The translations under genes were made by a program, and so were the position numbers. A model generated the notes under the pieces. The model worked only from the letters and a program-made list of their open reading frames with translations. It was not told where the DNA came from and did no database searches. A stretch of DNA of 64,000 bases from Trichoplax sp. H2. Lineage: Eukaryota. The stretch lies in contig NOWV01000023.1 of the NCBI GenBank assembly GCA_003344405.1, positions 558,001-622,000 of the forward strand, given 5' to 3'. Each line of letters starts with the position of its first letter. Position 1 is the stretch's first letter. Of the stretch, positions 44,601-57,500 are shown piece by piece.

Positions 44601-47600
44601 AGTTTAAAAAATTCGTTATGCAAAGATAGATTAATACCTATACATACAGAGTTTCAGTTCACTCTTTATGATATAGGATATCTTAGTAATAATGAACTAT
44701 CAAAACGAATTATAAGAATAAACTTACTAATTCACGTATATACATATTTTCCTGCAACATTTCAGCTATTGCTTGTGCGCCATCTTCTTTGATGTAATTA
44801 TCCGCTACAATTAATCTCTCAACTTTGGTGTTGTTCTACAAATAACAATTACGGTATATTAAAGAGATTATAACTAAGAATCAGTTATAATGTGACCATT
44901 TATAAATTTTTACAAATTACTACTATAAATGTCTTGATAGTGGTTAAAGATTTTTTAATTTATTGTTTTATTGACAGTTTACACGACCGGTAATCTAGAC
45001 ATTATAATTTTAGTTATAGTAAAATAGTAGCAGCTTACAAGGAGTGCATAAGCCAGCGGAATAGCCCCTTTGGGCCCCAGTCCATGATGTTTCATGATAA
45101 TGGCAGATTCATGAAAATGACGTAGAAGGTAAGAAACTGGAATAACTCCTAAAAATTAATTTTAAAGTTGTTCGATAAATTATTATAAAACGATTTATAT
45201 TCTTTTCTTAACTCTGAAGTTATTACATAAAGCCCAAATTGTCCCTACTGATATTAACAAATGTATTAATGTACTAATAATAACGAAGACTATGCCAAGA
45301 ACTATGAAGGCATATTAGAATAAGTTAGCTTAGCCCTTAATGCAGGGTCAATTCGTGATATTAAATTTGATCATAAGTACCATATTGCTTGCAAAGCTTT
45401 ACGTATTCATCGCTTCCGGTACTATCATAGATAATTGGAGGCTCTATTAAATCATTTAATTAAAAATTACATAAATGCATCATCATCCTCATGGCTATAT
45501 ATTGTCTAAACGATTAAATTAATCTTGTGCATTTTGATCCTTTGCTTATCGTAATTAATCTTAATAACTTCTTTGCTATGATATTAACTTACTCGCACGC
45601 AGTAATTTATGTGAGCAGAAGTAGAATCGATTTTTGAACAAGTTAATAGAGTATTTACTTTAATAGCGTAAAATTTTAATTTTATTTACTAATAGCAGTA
45701 ATATCAATATATTTAATCGAAAAAGTAAAGGCGATTTCGAATATAATTTAATACTATAGGGTTGAAACTAGAACTCAGTAGCTTACAGAAATATTTTAAA
45801 TGTATTCCATGGAATTAATTTTATAGATGAAACTAATTTCAATTTAGTCGTGTTAATCTGCAATTAATATCTTACTGTTCACAATTCCTCAGTTATGAAT
45901 ATCAACTTACCTCACATCTTAAAAACTAAATGCCCTGCTAACTTACTAAATGATTTAAACTCATTGTACGCAGATTTTTATAGAAAGAAAAGGTAGTAAC
46001 TACCAGAGAGCTAACACTTGAAAGGAATGTATAAATAGATTCTTAATTTAATCTGAATAAGTAGCCTATGATAACGATGCAGAGTTAAAGTAGCCTTTTA
46101 CTCTCATTCTATACATTTTAGAGGCAATCTTAGTCTACCTGAGTACGTACTACAGCTTTCTAAATATCTACAATTTGAATTCTATCGATATTGATAAACA
46201 CAGTATGAAAGTGGTTTTAAAGCCTAATCTATAGCTTACTCTTAAAATCCTCTTCTAAGTCGGTATCCCAATCGTCACTATCATCGGAATCGTCATATTT
46301 ATCACCAACATCTTCAATTTCAACTTTCATATTGCCAAGAACTGACGTTAAGTGATCAGTTGCGGAGCTTTCTTGATTATCATTTTCTTTCTTATCATTT
46401 CCTGATGACCAAGCCCATTTAACTGATTTTTGACTCTCATTTAAAGGATTTGACTCTGGTTCTTCTACTGATTCTGGCGGAAATGAAAAGCATCATTGAT
46501 TGAATAAAAGTATCAATTCTCTATCTACAGTTACTACATAGTGCTTGCAATTTAACTTATTGACATTTTGGATCCAAATATTCTAACTTTCGCTACAAAT
46601 GCATTTGTTCGTTCTAACTTGTAAACTATTTAATAAAATAATTATAACTTAATTTACCATTTTTAGGGCTTTGAGGTGTTATTTCATCTTGATGATTACC
46701 ATTAATTTTCTCGACGGGTTTTACTAAAGTTGAGTTAATGTTATTACGTATCTTCGTGTCATAGTTAGTCTCGTCATTTCGACCGTGAATATCATTTAAC
46801 GTTTTACTGTCTATAAGAATTTCCGTTTTGGGTGCTATACGTGAAAATGGCTTTGTCGGTTGGTAACCAATTAGCTCAGTATTCTTTTTTTGCACGTCAT
46901 TCTTAGTTTTCACAACCTGATATTGAAATAATAATGATTGTTAAATTAAGACAGTAGAGCTGACGACAAATACACTAATTCCTTTTTATGGTAGGCAAAG
47001 TCTGAGCCTTTTTGCTCGTATATTAGAGTATGCTCTGGAAGTGATTTTTTAAATAAACACCGTGGCTAAGCTTCAAATCTACGACGATGAACATGAAATA
47101 CATTGCTGATTTATCATAAAGTGATTTACAGCAGGAAGGAGGTATAAGAGTATTAAGGATCAAAGTATTATAAAATGGAGCTACATTCCATTGATGAATA
47201 GAAATTTTATCGTAGGGGGTTAAAATCTTATTCAACGCTACACAACACAACAGTTGTTACGATAGATTATAGCATCTGTAGTATATTATAGCTTAAATGT
47301 ATTTACCCTCTTAAGTTTATTTAGGGCCAAAATTATGAAATTAAGTGTACGTTTTGAGCTTTTGATAGGCAATAAACTCATAATTGAGTGGTAAAATTAA
47401 TTACACAAAACCATACAGTAGCTAACAAAATCCATATTAGATCGAGCTATACTAATATTAAGATAATTAATTTTAAACGTGCTCTAAAAAATACTGGTGC
47501 TAGGAAATGAAATAATAGAAGATAGCTTGCTATCACTTTAAGAATAATTAATTTAACAACTTGGATCTTACCTTATCGAATCCATAAATATATGACCGAT

Positions 47601-47619
47601 TGCTATTGCCTTTTTTCAT
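41619..47619 (-). CDS. LRRC74: Leucine-rich repeat protein 74-like (RNI-type LRRs) with C-terminal EF-hand pair
   Basis: Exons from putative ATG 47619 (47619-47572, 46916-46658, ...): DWDTDLEE, YVKLCKQYGVIPVSYLLRH..MKHHGLGPKGA, repeated LDLSHNELGELGA / MDLSWNSIRGRGG / LNLAWNGISDVGA; EF loops DKDKSGDISKDE and DTNKDNKIQYSE; stop TGA at 41619-41621. Confidence 0.85.
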
Positions 47620-47937
47620 GGCCGGACTTTCACGTAGATTATTCAGTACGAATACAGAGTAAACTAGATCTTAAATGCAAGTTGCTTTTATTTTAAATCG
47701 CTAATACATGAAACTGCGTGATATTTTTTGCTTCTAGTTAAAGTATTAACAAGTCGGTAGACTCAGTATGGTGTGATTATTGAATCAATTGAGGAATTTA
47801 TTCTTATTTGCCCGCAAGAACTTTTCTAATCAATTAGTTTAGCTAAAAATATTAATGCAATGCTTATTAGACGATTTCTTACATTAGCTAGTTAGTATGA
47901 CCTTCTTAATTAGCTTGAATTTATTGTGCAAAGCCTT

Positions 47938-47951
47938 GTTGCTATGGTGAC
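47938..47951. promoter_or_regulatory. RFX X-box upstream of LRRC74
   Basis: GTTGCTATGGTGAC, a 14-bp match to the X-box consensus, ~320 bp 5' of the putative ATG; overlapping forkhead-type ACAAATA. Confidence 0.7.
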
Positions 47952-49770
47952 AAATACAAAGTACGTTAGTGACTTTTTGAATAAAGTTAGTCAATATTTT
48001 ATAAAATTGCATTATTACCACATTCATTCATTAATTATTAATGGATAGGCAAGCGATTGATGAATCATCGATATAACAATTATTGTACATAAGTAATCAA
48101 CTTTCACGGTTTCATCCATCAAGTTAACAACAGCTGCCTTCTTTTAATTACAATTAACTTTATCCGCATGTTTTCACCTAGAAATTTACTTTTTAAATTA
48201 AAGAGTACCCTATCTCTAAATGGATTTAGTCTTGATCCGTGGAAAAATATGATGCTACTTATAAATGCACCGCACCGTATAGGCCAGGCCTGTAGTAATG
48301 TATTGTTCAATGCAGCTATTGTCTGGTTTAGATTAAAATTGGAACAACATAGTCTGGGCGCGATAAGTTCGCAAGAGTTAAATAAAAAATAAACATAATA
48401 AGGTTTTGCTAATTTACATAATGCAACGTTTTATGATCGAATAGATTTAAATAATCTGAGGGCATACACTAGGCTAGAATAATGATGGTAATGTGCTACC
48501 GTAGTATAAAATAGAATCTTTAGTATGATTGGTAAACTGTATTTTAGTAGAATCGACTGAGTCATTATAAACATCGAATTTATGACCTTTTGCTGATTCT
48601 AGCTAATTTATCGCAGTACAAGTACGGAAAGATATTTTTAAAAAATTAAATCGTTTGTGATTATTCTTTTTATCTTACACGTATTATACCTTGGTTGCAT
48701 ACCGTACTATTCTGATAATTTTATGCTTATTAAATTAAATGGAACTCTGTAAATAATAACGATAGCTGACGTTTTACCTATAAACCAATGAAATCACTAA
48801 ATGATCGCCTTAATTCTCCCATTTATAATTACTAACGAAGTAATTAACAAATACAGTTATTATACCTTATGGATTAAAGAGTACCGGAGAAAATTTGCCG
48901 TTGGAAATTTTAAATCGATCAGAAACTACTTCGAATAATTCTTTAGATTTAGTCTATTTGTACATACAACAGGAGAAAGAAAATGTACTGTATCTTTTAA
49001 ATTCAAATACGCTACTAAATCATCATCACGATAAATATAGCTTCTACCATATAGTATCCTTTGTATATCTGAGTACCTATTCAGTACATAAAATATGACC
49101 TATCATAACGTTGTATTCGTGGCCAACATTAGGAATTGCCTAATTATTGTTACAATACTACTTTCACTTATCGTACTGTATAATGCAATCCTCGTTACAA
49201 TTTACTCTCTCGAATAATTATGCATTGTAGGTATCACAAATATAGATTGTATATTATGTTTGGTATTTATACTGCCTTTAAGGTTTTTAAATGATATAAT
49301 TTTAGTTGTCGAAGAAACGTTTACTTATTATCTTAGCTATGTCTTTATAGTAGGGGTATTTAGAGAACTGCCGTAAATTAGTTATTTATCATTATTGCTG
49401 ATACCTTGAAACGAATAGAAAGTCTGATTGAAATCGTACACCATTTAAAGTGCACGTGTGAAATAAAGTGGCCGTTGTTAATATAATATTATTTCCGTAG
49501 TCACTTAATGAATACAATATACACAATCATGATTTATTATCCATCCTAAACATCGCTCAATTAAAATATTCGTATCATTTATATGCTCCTAAAGAATCCG
49601 GCTATTTTATATTGGTGTATTTGTAAAGTTGGGACGATCGTATATTTATTCACTACACATACTTTGTCCAATTTGTGATTATGAACAATACCGAAGGTAA
49701 AATTTTCTATAGCGCTTTAAAGATTTCACTAGTGCAGTACAAATTACCGAGTAGTAGTACAGTTGTAAAG

Positions 49771-49873
49771 GTAGTGGCTTTCATGAAGGGTATAAACAGA
49801 GCTATGGCTATAATATCTTTCAGTAGTGGCTTTCATTAAGGGTGTAAACAGAGTTATGGCTATAATATCTTTC
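49771..49873. repeat. Tandem duplication, 2 x ~52 bp
   Basis: gtagtggctttcat(g/t)aagggt(a/g)taaacagag(c/t)tatggctataatatctttc occurs twice. Confidence 0.85.
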
Positions 49874-50385
49874 TATAGTAAATTGTAAATTGAAGATCGA
49901 ATACAAGACCATGGAGTTGGCCCCTGCTTAACGAGTGTAACTATAGCAGGGAATAAAACAATTATTCCAATAAAAAAGTTAAAAGAAAATATGCCTCTTT
50001 AAATTGTCTCATTACGACGTCTGCAAGTGCTTTTAAAAACGATTACACTACATCTGATAACATGAATTGACGGTGAGTTAAATCCACTTATTGCTTCAAG
50101 TCAAATAATAACGATTAGTTCGTCTAACAAAACAGTCTTTATTACTAAATCTAAGAATAATTATGGTAGGGCATATTAAACAGCTGTTATCCCAAGTTGT
50201 AACTGAGGCTAACATAGCTATTTACACATATGATCTTATGAAGATTTAGCATGAATTTCATTTTCTGGTATAAAAAATGATATTTTAATGATATCAATCA
50301 ACTATACAGGATACTAGTATTTTTTTTCACAATATATCACAGGTGTATCTGTAAAGTAGTCTTGGCAGCCTGTTCGACTTTGATT

Positions 50386-52674
50386 TTATTTACCAGCTAC
50401 AGAAGATAACTGATCCCTAATTTTCCCTAAGCCATCTAACATAGTATCTATGGTTTCCTTGCTAAGTTCCAAATTAATGCATTGTTGAGGAGGCAATAGT
50501 TTCGTTTCTTGTTGATTTTGTTGAATCTAAGTTAATGATTGAAATATTGAATAGGAAATGTTAAGAGGTTCAGGTATAAAACTATTATCATACAGTCATT
50601 ACATTTGATGATACAAAATATCATGAACAGTTCTACAACTAATAACAGCTGGACGTATTGCGGTTAACACCAAATGAATTAAATGTCAAATTTAGTCGTT
50701 CTACTTCAATATTTTTGCAAAGGCTATATATTTTAAAAAGAAAACTTGATGTTAAGAATGCAAGACAGAAATATTCACCTTCAATTGCATTATACAAGTT
50801 GGCATTGCCATTCGATTGATGGTATCTGACGAAACTTTTAAATCTACACGCCAATCGAAATCCTCAAGACGAGGCAAAGATACTGCAAAGAAGTTTTACT
50901 TAGTTATTTGTTTTATCTCCATTAAAATACTTAAAAATAATGATACACAGCATGGTGATAATTGTAATGGCAAGATTAAACGACTTTACAAACCGTACAA
51001 AAAACATTTCGATTTGAAATGGTTACCTTGTCTGTTTATGGCCGATGCTCTCCATTTTGGCCTGTTAGGATTATAGACCGTATTTTAAAATGTACGCTCA
51101 AGTAAGTTAACGAATTTACATTGAGGAAATTATTTCATTACGTAGGGCAATTATTTAAGTGTCTGGCACAATGATACCTGTCGTTAAAACGTATCATCAA
51201 TCTGCACTTACATCGATTCTGCTAAAATTTTAGATAAGAGTTCTCTTAAGTTCTTATGAAAATCGTCTATGAATAGATGTGGCATATCAGTATTGGTTAT
51301 TTCAAATCGGCACTGTTGAAAGCTCATCTTAGGTTGATCAATTATTTTCGACAAATAAGCTAATGCATACCTGGAAATAGGCTATAAATTCTTTTAGGAT
51401 CAGAAATGTCTTGATACAATAGCACGAGAATTAAATTTTTTAACTCTTGCAATAGCTAACGATGTTCCAATAGAAGCCATATTTTCATTTTATAATACAG
51501 TAATAAAAATACATGTAAGCTATTCGTTAATGCCGTACGAGTTGTTTTGACTATGATAACTTTTCATATTTGGATAGAGTGGTTCAATTTATCAATTTCC
51601 TTGATCTTACCTTGTAAGTATCAGCTGACTCTAGCTTCAATTCTGTCGTACAATAGGCAATAATTTCATTCGGTACTACAACAGCAATGACAGGAGGAAA
51701 GTTTGTACATATTCTACAGATAACGTAGTTATACAAATTCAATAGTGAAGTTCTAACTGTTAGGAATATTACACTGTCTCGAAATAGTACTATTAACAAC
51801 GATATCAAATCTTTTCAATCAAGAATCGGCTAGCAACTGTTGGAGTTAAGCGTTGACTGAGTGCGATACCTTGCGTGTTTCGATAGATGAAAGCTTCATT
51901 ACAAATTTTATACACAACATCTTTAGAGGGTGCCTAAAAGGAAAGCAATTACTATCATTAAATTCTGTATACAATCTCCATTTAAAATAGGCTTCAAGTA
52001 CTACTGTATGGATAACTAGGAGCTAACATCGATGATTAATATGTCAAGCAAAATGCATGAATTCCTTGATAAAATAACACGTATTGTCCATTAGACGTCA
52101 AACCGTCGTTTTTTACGTCCTAGCACCATGCCTGTTCTACGAATGTAGAAGATTCTATAATGACAGTAAGATTGGTTTAATTTCTTTTATTATGCATTAC
52201 AAGACGTGAGTGATGAATTACAATTATGCGATGAATTCACGATCGATTCATTGATGAAACACGCCAAAAGTAAAACAGTATCAGAGCTCGAGCGAAAGAA
52301 TACTTGCAGAGAAGACTAGGTCGATTATGCTTGTAAGCATTTTAATCCTACATCTACAAAAGCAGGAGCGGAAAACTATTTCACTATATCATGCTACGTT
52401 GGCTGGCTCTCTATGCCAACATGGACTTTCTTCGTTGTTAAGAATAAGAATATGGTCATCCTTACAACTTGATGATGCTACGTTAGCTCTCTACGAGTGT
52501 GTCAATATGAAATTTCTTCCTTGATATTGTCAAAAGACAAGCAAGCTAGTATGGTCATGGTATGCCTTATAAAATTGTACACTCGCTCTCTATCACATTG
52601 ATTAATGCCTTAGTATAGCAATATCTTGCCTTCATTAACAGCAAAAGGTCCGGCCAATTTAATTTGGATTCCAT
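50386..52674 (-). CDS. COMMD9: COMM domain-containing protein 9
   Basis: MESKLNWPDLLLLMK|APSKDVVYKICNEAF..|..LFP|DDFHKNLRELLSKIL..|SLPRLEDFDWRVDLKVSSDTINRMAMPTCIMQLK|..LELSKETIDTMLDGLGKIRDQLSSVAGK*; the C-terminus closely matches vertebrate COMMD9; first exon 52674-52630 requires a GC donor. Confidence 0.92.
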
Positions 52675-52934
52675 CTTTCGCCTTGTAGCCAAGAATATTA
52701 TCGTAGTACTCTATAATGCAGCGAATGAGCAATAAAAGTAGAAGAAATGCACCCAATTAGTGCAATAAGTAAGCGTCGAAAGCTGCAGTCGTCAAATTGA
52801 TACAGTCTAAGCCGTCGAGAATGCTATACTGTACAGTACTGTACTGTACGCCTTGGCATGTTGCTAGTGTGCAGTAGAAATATGACGATGGCCCATAGAC
52901 GATAGACAAGAGTATACAGTACAGTATAAGATCG

Positions 52935-53195
52935 GTATGACGACGTGAGTTGTAAAATGGTTGGAGCGGCCGTACCTACAACAGCGACTGATCGTTTGCA
53001 AGCTTGAAAGAAATAGAATTAACCAATACTGCTATATAAAATGAATCAAAACATCAAGAACCAATGGCTCAAGGTTTTACTGATCCGTCTACATGGAATT
53101 GGAGCCCAATTGAAAGTCCATTTCTTCCAAATTGAAAGACATCATTGAAGGCAGTACAAACATCTTTCAACCATTTTCCATGGCTCGCCACGCCC
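52935..53195 (-). mobile_element. Dispersed MITE-like repeat, copy B
   Basis: Reverse complement matches 28731-29016 (aaaatgg.tgaaagatgtt..., agacggatcagta.aaccttgagc.attgg.tcttgatgttttgatt, aattctatttctttcaag, atcagtcgctgtt, ccattttacaa.tcacgt). Confidence 0.6.
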
Positions 53196-53202
53196 AGTAG
53201 AG

Positions 53203-54378
53203 TGTACAGTACTGTGCAGTTCTACAGCACAGTACTGTACTAGCTACTGTGCTATACAGTACAGTACAGTACTTTACTGTGCAGTGTACTGTACAGTGTA
53301 CAGTATCACCGTCTACAGTACTGTACTCAAACCAAAAAACTAATTAATTAATTAATTTGTACAGTATACCGTACAGTACCTTTAAAATGAAGGTACCGAG
53401 TAAACTACAGAATGGAACAGAAAGCGGATGAGCACTTCAGCCCCTCGCGGAATGCACATGCGTATTTCTTACATTCCGCAAAAGTGGGCAAACTACGGAA
53501 CATGATACTCTACTGTACAGTACACTACTGTAAAGATTGACTAGAGGTCGAGGAGCTGAGGAACAAGGTTCGAGGAGATATAAAAAAGACGTGGATCATA
53601 TTAAAAGGCTCCTATACTGTAGCCGTTACGATATACTATTTTGTATAGGGAAAATTGTGATCGAGTTTTGATGTACATCAAAACTAGATATAGAAGCATC
53701 CTAATATAATTGTAGAGCTAGATTCATAGGTTAGCTCGGAGAGGTCATAGTGGATATTCTTTTCATATGATATCTGTAGTTTCTAATGCCTGTATTTTAA
53801 CATCGTAATAAAACTTATTATATAAACGTAGTCTTACTCATTCTTGTGAGTCGATTGTAGTTAAAATACGTATAAAATTTTATTGATTTTGATAAGAAAT
53901 AAATAACTCCAAAAATATTCGTCGATTTATCTGAAAAGAAAATAATGTACTGTACAGTACAGTGTACAGTACTGTACTCAGTGTACTGTAAACAAACTAG
54001 ATACTGTAACGACTGTAACAATGCTATACTGTACTGCCGCTCAAATCAGTGCTTCAGCAGCCATGAATCCACCTGTACTCCTTAATTAATCGTGACTAAG
54101 TCGTGACTCATGACGAACAGCAGCAGTCGAGGTGATCGCTGGTGCTTTCATGTTTCCTTTATAATTAATTAATTAATGATAAGTTTATTTATTTACAGTA
54201 GGCCATTACTACTGTATACACAGTACTGTAGAATGACAACACTTCGATGGACTACAAGACATTTTCTTAATTAAGTTTGTATAGTCATTTTAATTAACAT
54301 CCAGTACCGTAGCACCATGAATATTGTTTGTTGTGGCCTTATACAATGTACAGTATACTGGTACTGTACACTGTACAG
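53203..54378. repeat. Clusters of TACAG/CTGTA pentamer arrays in the COMMD9/CYP divergent region
   Basis: Dense at 53203-53380, 53510-53531, 53947-54036, 54195-54232 and 54347-54378; also 52826-52849. Confidence 0.85.
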
Positions 54379-54577
54379 CCCATACAGGAAGCGTTGGCTG
54401 TTGTCCAACATTGTATTGTAGTCTACCGTATTAGCTACAATTGAAATCGGACGTGATCAATCATAACAAAAGTTGATTCATTTTGGGGGCAGCTAGTCCA
54501 ACTACTATACCTTCAAGACTGGATTGATTCCATTTAATCCAGAAGAGCGCTTTTAACGCGATACCTTCATTTGCAAA

Positions 54578-57500
54578 ATGATCGGTGGAGCCTCAGCAAT
54601 GGCCGTTACGGCTGCCGTTGGGTTATGTTATGCTATCTACAAGGCTGTAAAATGGATCCAGTTAAGTACCGACAACGTTGGTTTAAAAAGGATAATTGAA
54701 TCTAGTTTAGACGTTTAGCAATCACCTATTGAAATTCAACAAATTGACAAGGCTACTACATGGCCATCATTCCATAAGCTACTTAAGTAGCCGTTTCCAT
54801 GCTAATGATTTTATTTCCATTTCTATTGTAGATTTTTTTTTGTAAAGTATCTTTCAGTCAGTTGCAGCATTACATCAAAAAAAGTGCTTGACTCCTTCTT
54901 ACCTAGTAAAAGCTGTTGTTGCAATGTTTTACGTACGTTTATCGCTCAGCTCATCCAACTGCATGGATAGAAAGTCTTCTTCATCAATGTTCAATGCTCA
55001 GTACTGATTATACTCTACGTATACTTCATAAGTGAAGATGAATTGAAATGACTATTTATTGATGGATTTACCAACCCATTCAATAGAATCCTGATTAGTA
55101 TCTCTACATAATTACGACCTCATCAATATTGAGTATTCTCAGTTTGAATGGATTGAATTACTGAATGTACTGCGTAATGCTATATTTTAGTGCAAAAATG
55201 ATAGGGTTAACTAAAGTATCTAGTCAGTATTCTACACGCATGCGAATGGTATCCAATTATAATGCAATCGACAAATTGACCATTCCATATAGACTAGTAC
55301 TATCAAATTGACTTGAGACTACTTTGCTTAATCAATTTCCACACGTATTGATATTAGCCTTGAAACCGTCGTCGAACCATTGACGTATTACTGTCTTTGC
55401 TGGGCTACAGTTTGGAGAAATATGTTCAACATGACGTGCTGTCCATTCTGTACGGCTAGAAATCCAAGCCATGATACAGTAGAATATGTGACGAGATTGT
55501 GAAGATGCATGATTTATTGGTAATCAAATCAAAATTAATTAACGTATACATGACGTGCTTTTCATTCTGTACGTCTAGAAATCCAAACCACGATACAGTA
55601 GAATATGTGACGAGATTGTAAAGATGCATGATTTAGAAGCAATCAAATCAAAATTAATTAGCGTATCATAGAAGAATTAGTCATTCCATTTATGATGACT
55701 GAGCACATTATGTTATCAACAATAAAATAATATTCTATTATGACTCGTAAGTCGTAACTATACAGGTAGCAATTACGTACTTTTATCGGAAGGCGTACAT
55801 ACGAGTTATCGGATGTACTGCCGTAACTATGAGAAATTAAGGTAGAAGTGATGCCTATTACGGCTCAATTTTTTTCTTTTCAAAATGAGATCATAATCTA
55901 CGTTCCAATTACATATTTTTATCTAATGGTGTTTAGTATCTGATTGTAGAACGTAACTATGAGGAATTTGGGTAGAAGAAATCACAATGACAGTTAAATT
56001 TTACTTTTCAATTGAGATCATGAGCTACGATCGGGTAGGCATTGCGCTACTACACGTTCGTAAAACGATATCGTTATGTACTAAATTTACCTAAGAACTT
56101 CTAAAAGGCTCTACTTCAACAGACGTACCTCTCTAATTTGATATACTTTTCATCAGTTCACTGAGACAAAATTACAAGACTTTTGAAAGAATTGGTGTTG
56201 CTGGGCCTAAGCCAATATTTTTACTAGGCAACGCCCTCGAATTTATGAAGAAACCGAAGGTAACTCTCATTGACAGTCATTTTTTCTACAGTTACTTATA
56301 TTAAGAATGGCATAATAGAACGCAAATTGGTATTGTAAAATGCATTCGATATCTTTTACTTTGATCAAGGTCATAAAGTACCCTAGAACAGCTAGCTGTT
56401 AAGCTGGCTGTTTTACTATAACCTGTTTAAACCTTGTATTCGAGGTACTGTATGATAATAATTATTAATTCATTAATTTGGTGTATTGCTGTGTGTTTGC
56501 ACAGAAAATGCATGAAGTGCATGCCGACCTTATTAAAAAGTATGGACGTGTAACGGGGTACGTTATATCTGCCAAAGTTATAGGATTTCATACAAATTAC
56601 TATTAACGTAACTGATATTAGGGTACAGTTATATCTTTCTGTTGAATCTTGATTATGCAGATTGTTTATGGGCGTGAGGGGTCGCTATCTGTTAACTGAT
56701 CCAGATATTATTAAAGAAATCACCGTGAAACAATTTTCAAATTTTCTGAATCGATCGGTATACAGTTGCTTGCTTTAGTTACTTGTATTCTATGCTTACT
56801 GTGTACATATTTTGGATTTATATAAAATCAGTTACTAGTGTAATAAATATCGATTTGAATAGTAAATATGTTAAAAGTTATGATTTAACAATGTTATACG
56901 GCAAATTTTAATGCTTTTTTTGCAACCATCAATTCTGATTATTATTTGCAAAGTTTTGGAGCTTATTCGTTGTTTAATGTTCATTGTAGATTACGTTCAA
57001 TACAGGATTTCGGTTTGATCTTGGCTTATTAATATTACGTGATGATCACTGGAAGAAAGTGCGCAACATCTTGACTCCTAATTTTACCTCGAACAAGATG
57101 AAAAATGTATGATTTTATTCAATGAATGTAGTAACTGATTCCTACCTCTAAAATTTTAATGTTAATGAAACAGATGAGGCCATTGTTGGATGATTCTACT
57201 AGGATTTTAATGCAGAAACTAGATGAAGCTACTAAAACAGGAGAACCAGTGAATATCTGGGAGTATGTTGCAATATTGTACGGCTCTCTAATTCAAGATA
57301 TATAGATTCCTACGATATTAAAATGCTGACGATTGCTTCAGGTGGTTTGGAACTTACACCATGCAAATTATTATGGCGACGGCTTTTGGTACTGACGTAG
57401 ATTCTCAAACTAATTCAGATAATATCCTAAATAAGCGTGCTAGTCAGAGTTTGCACCTAAGTCCGTTTGCAGTTATATCAGGTATTGAGTGGCTTTTAAT

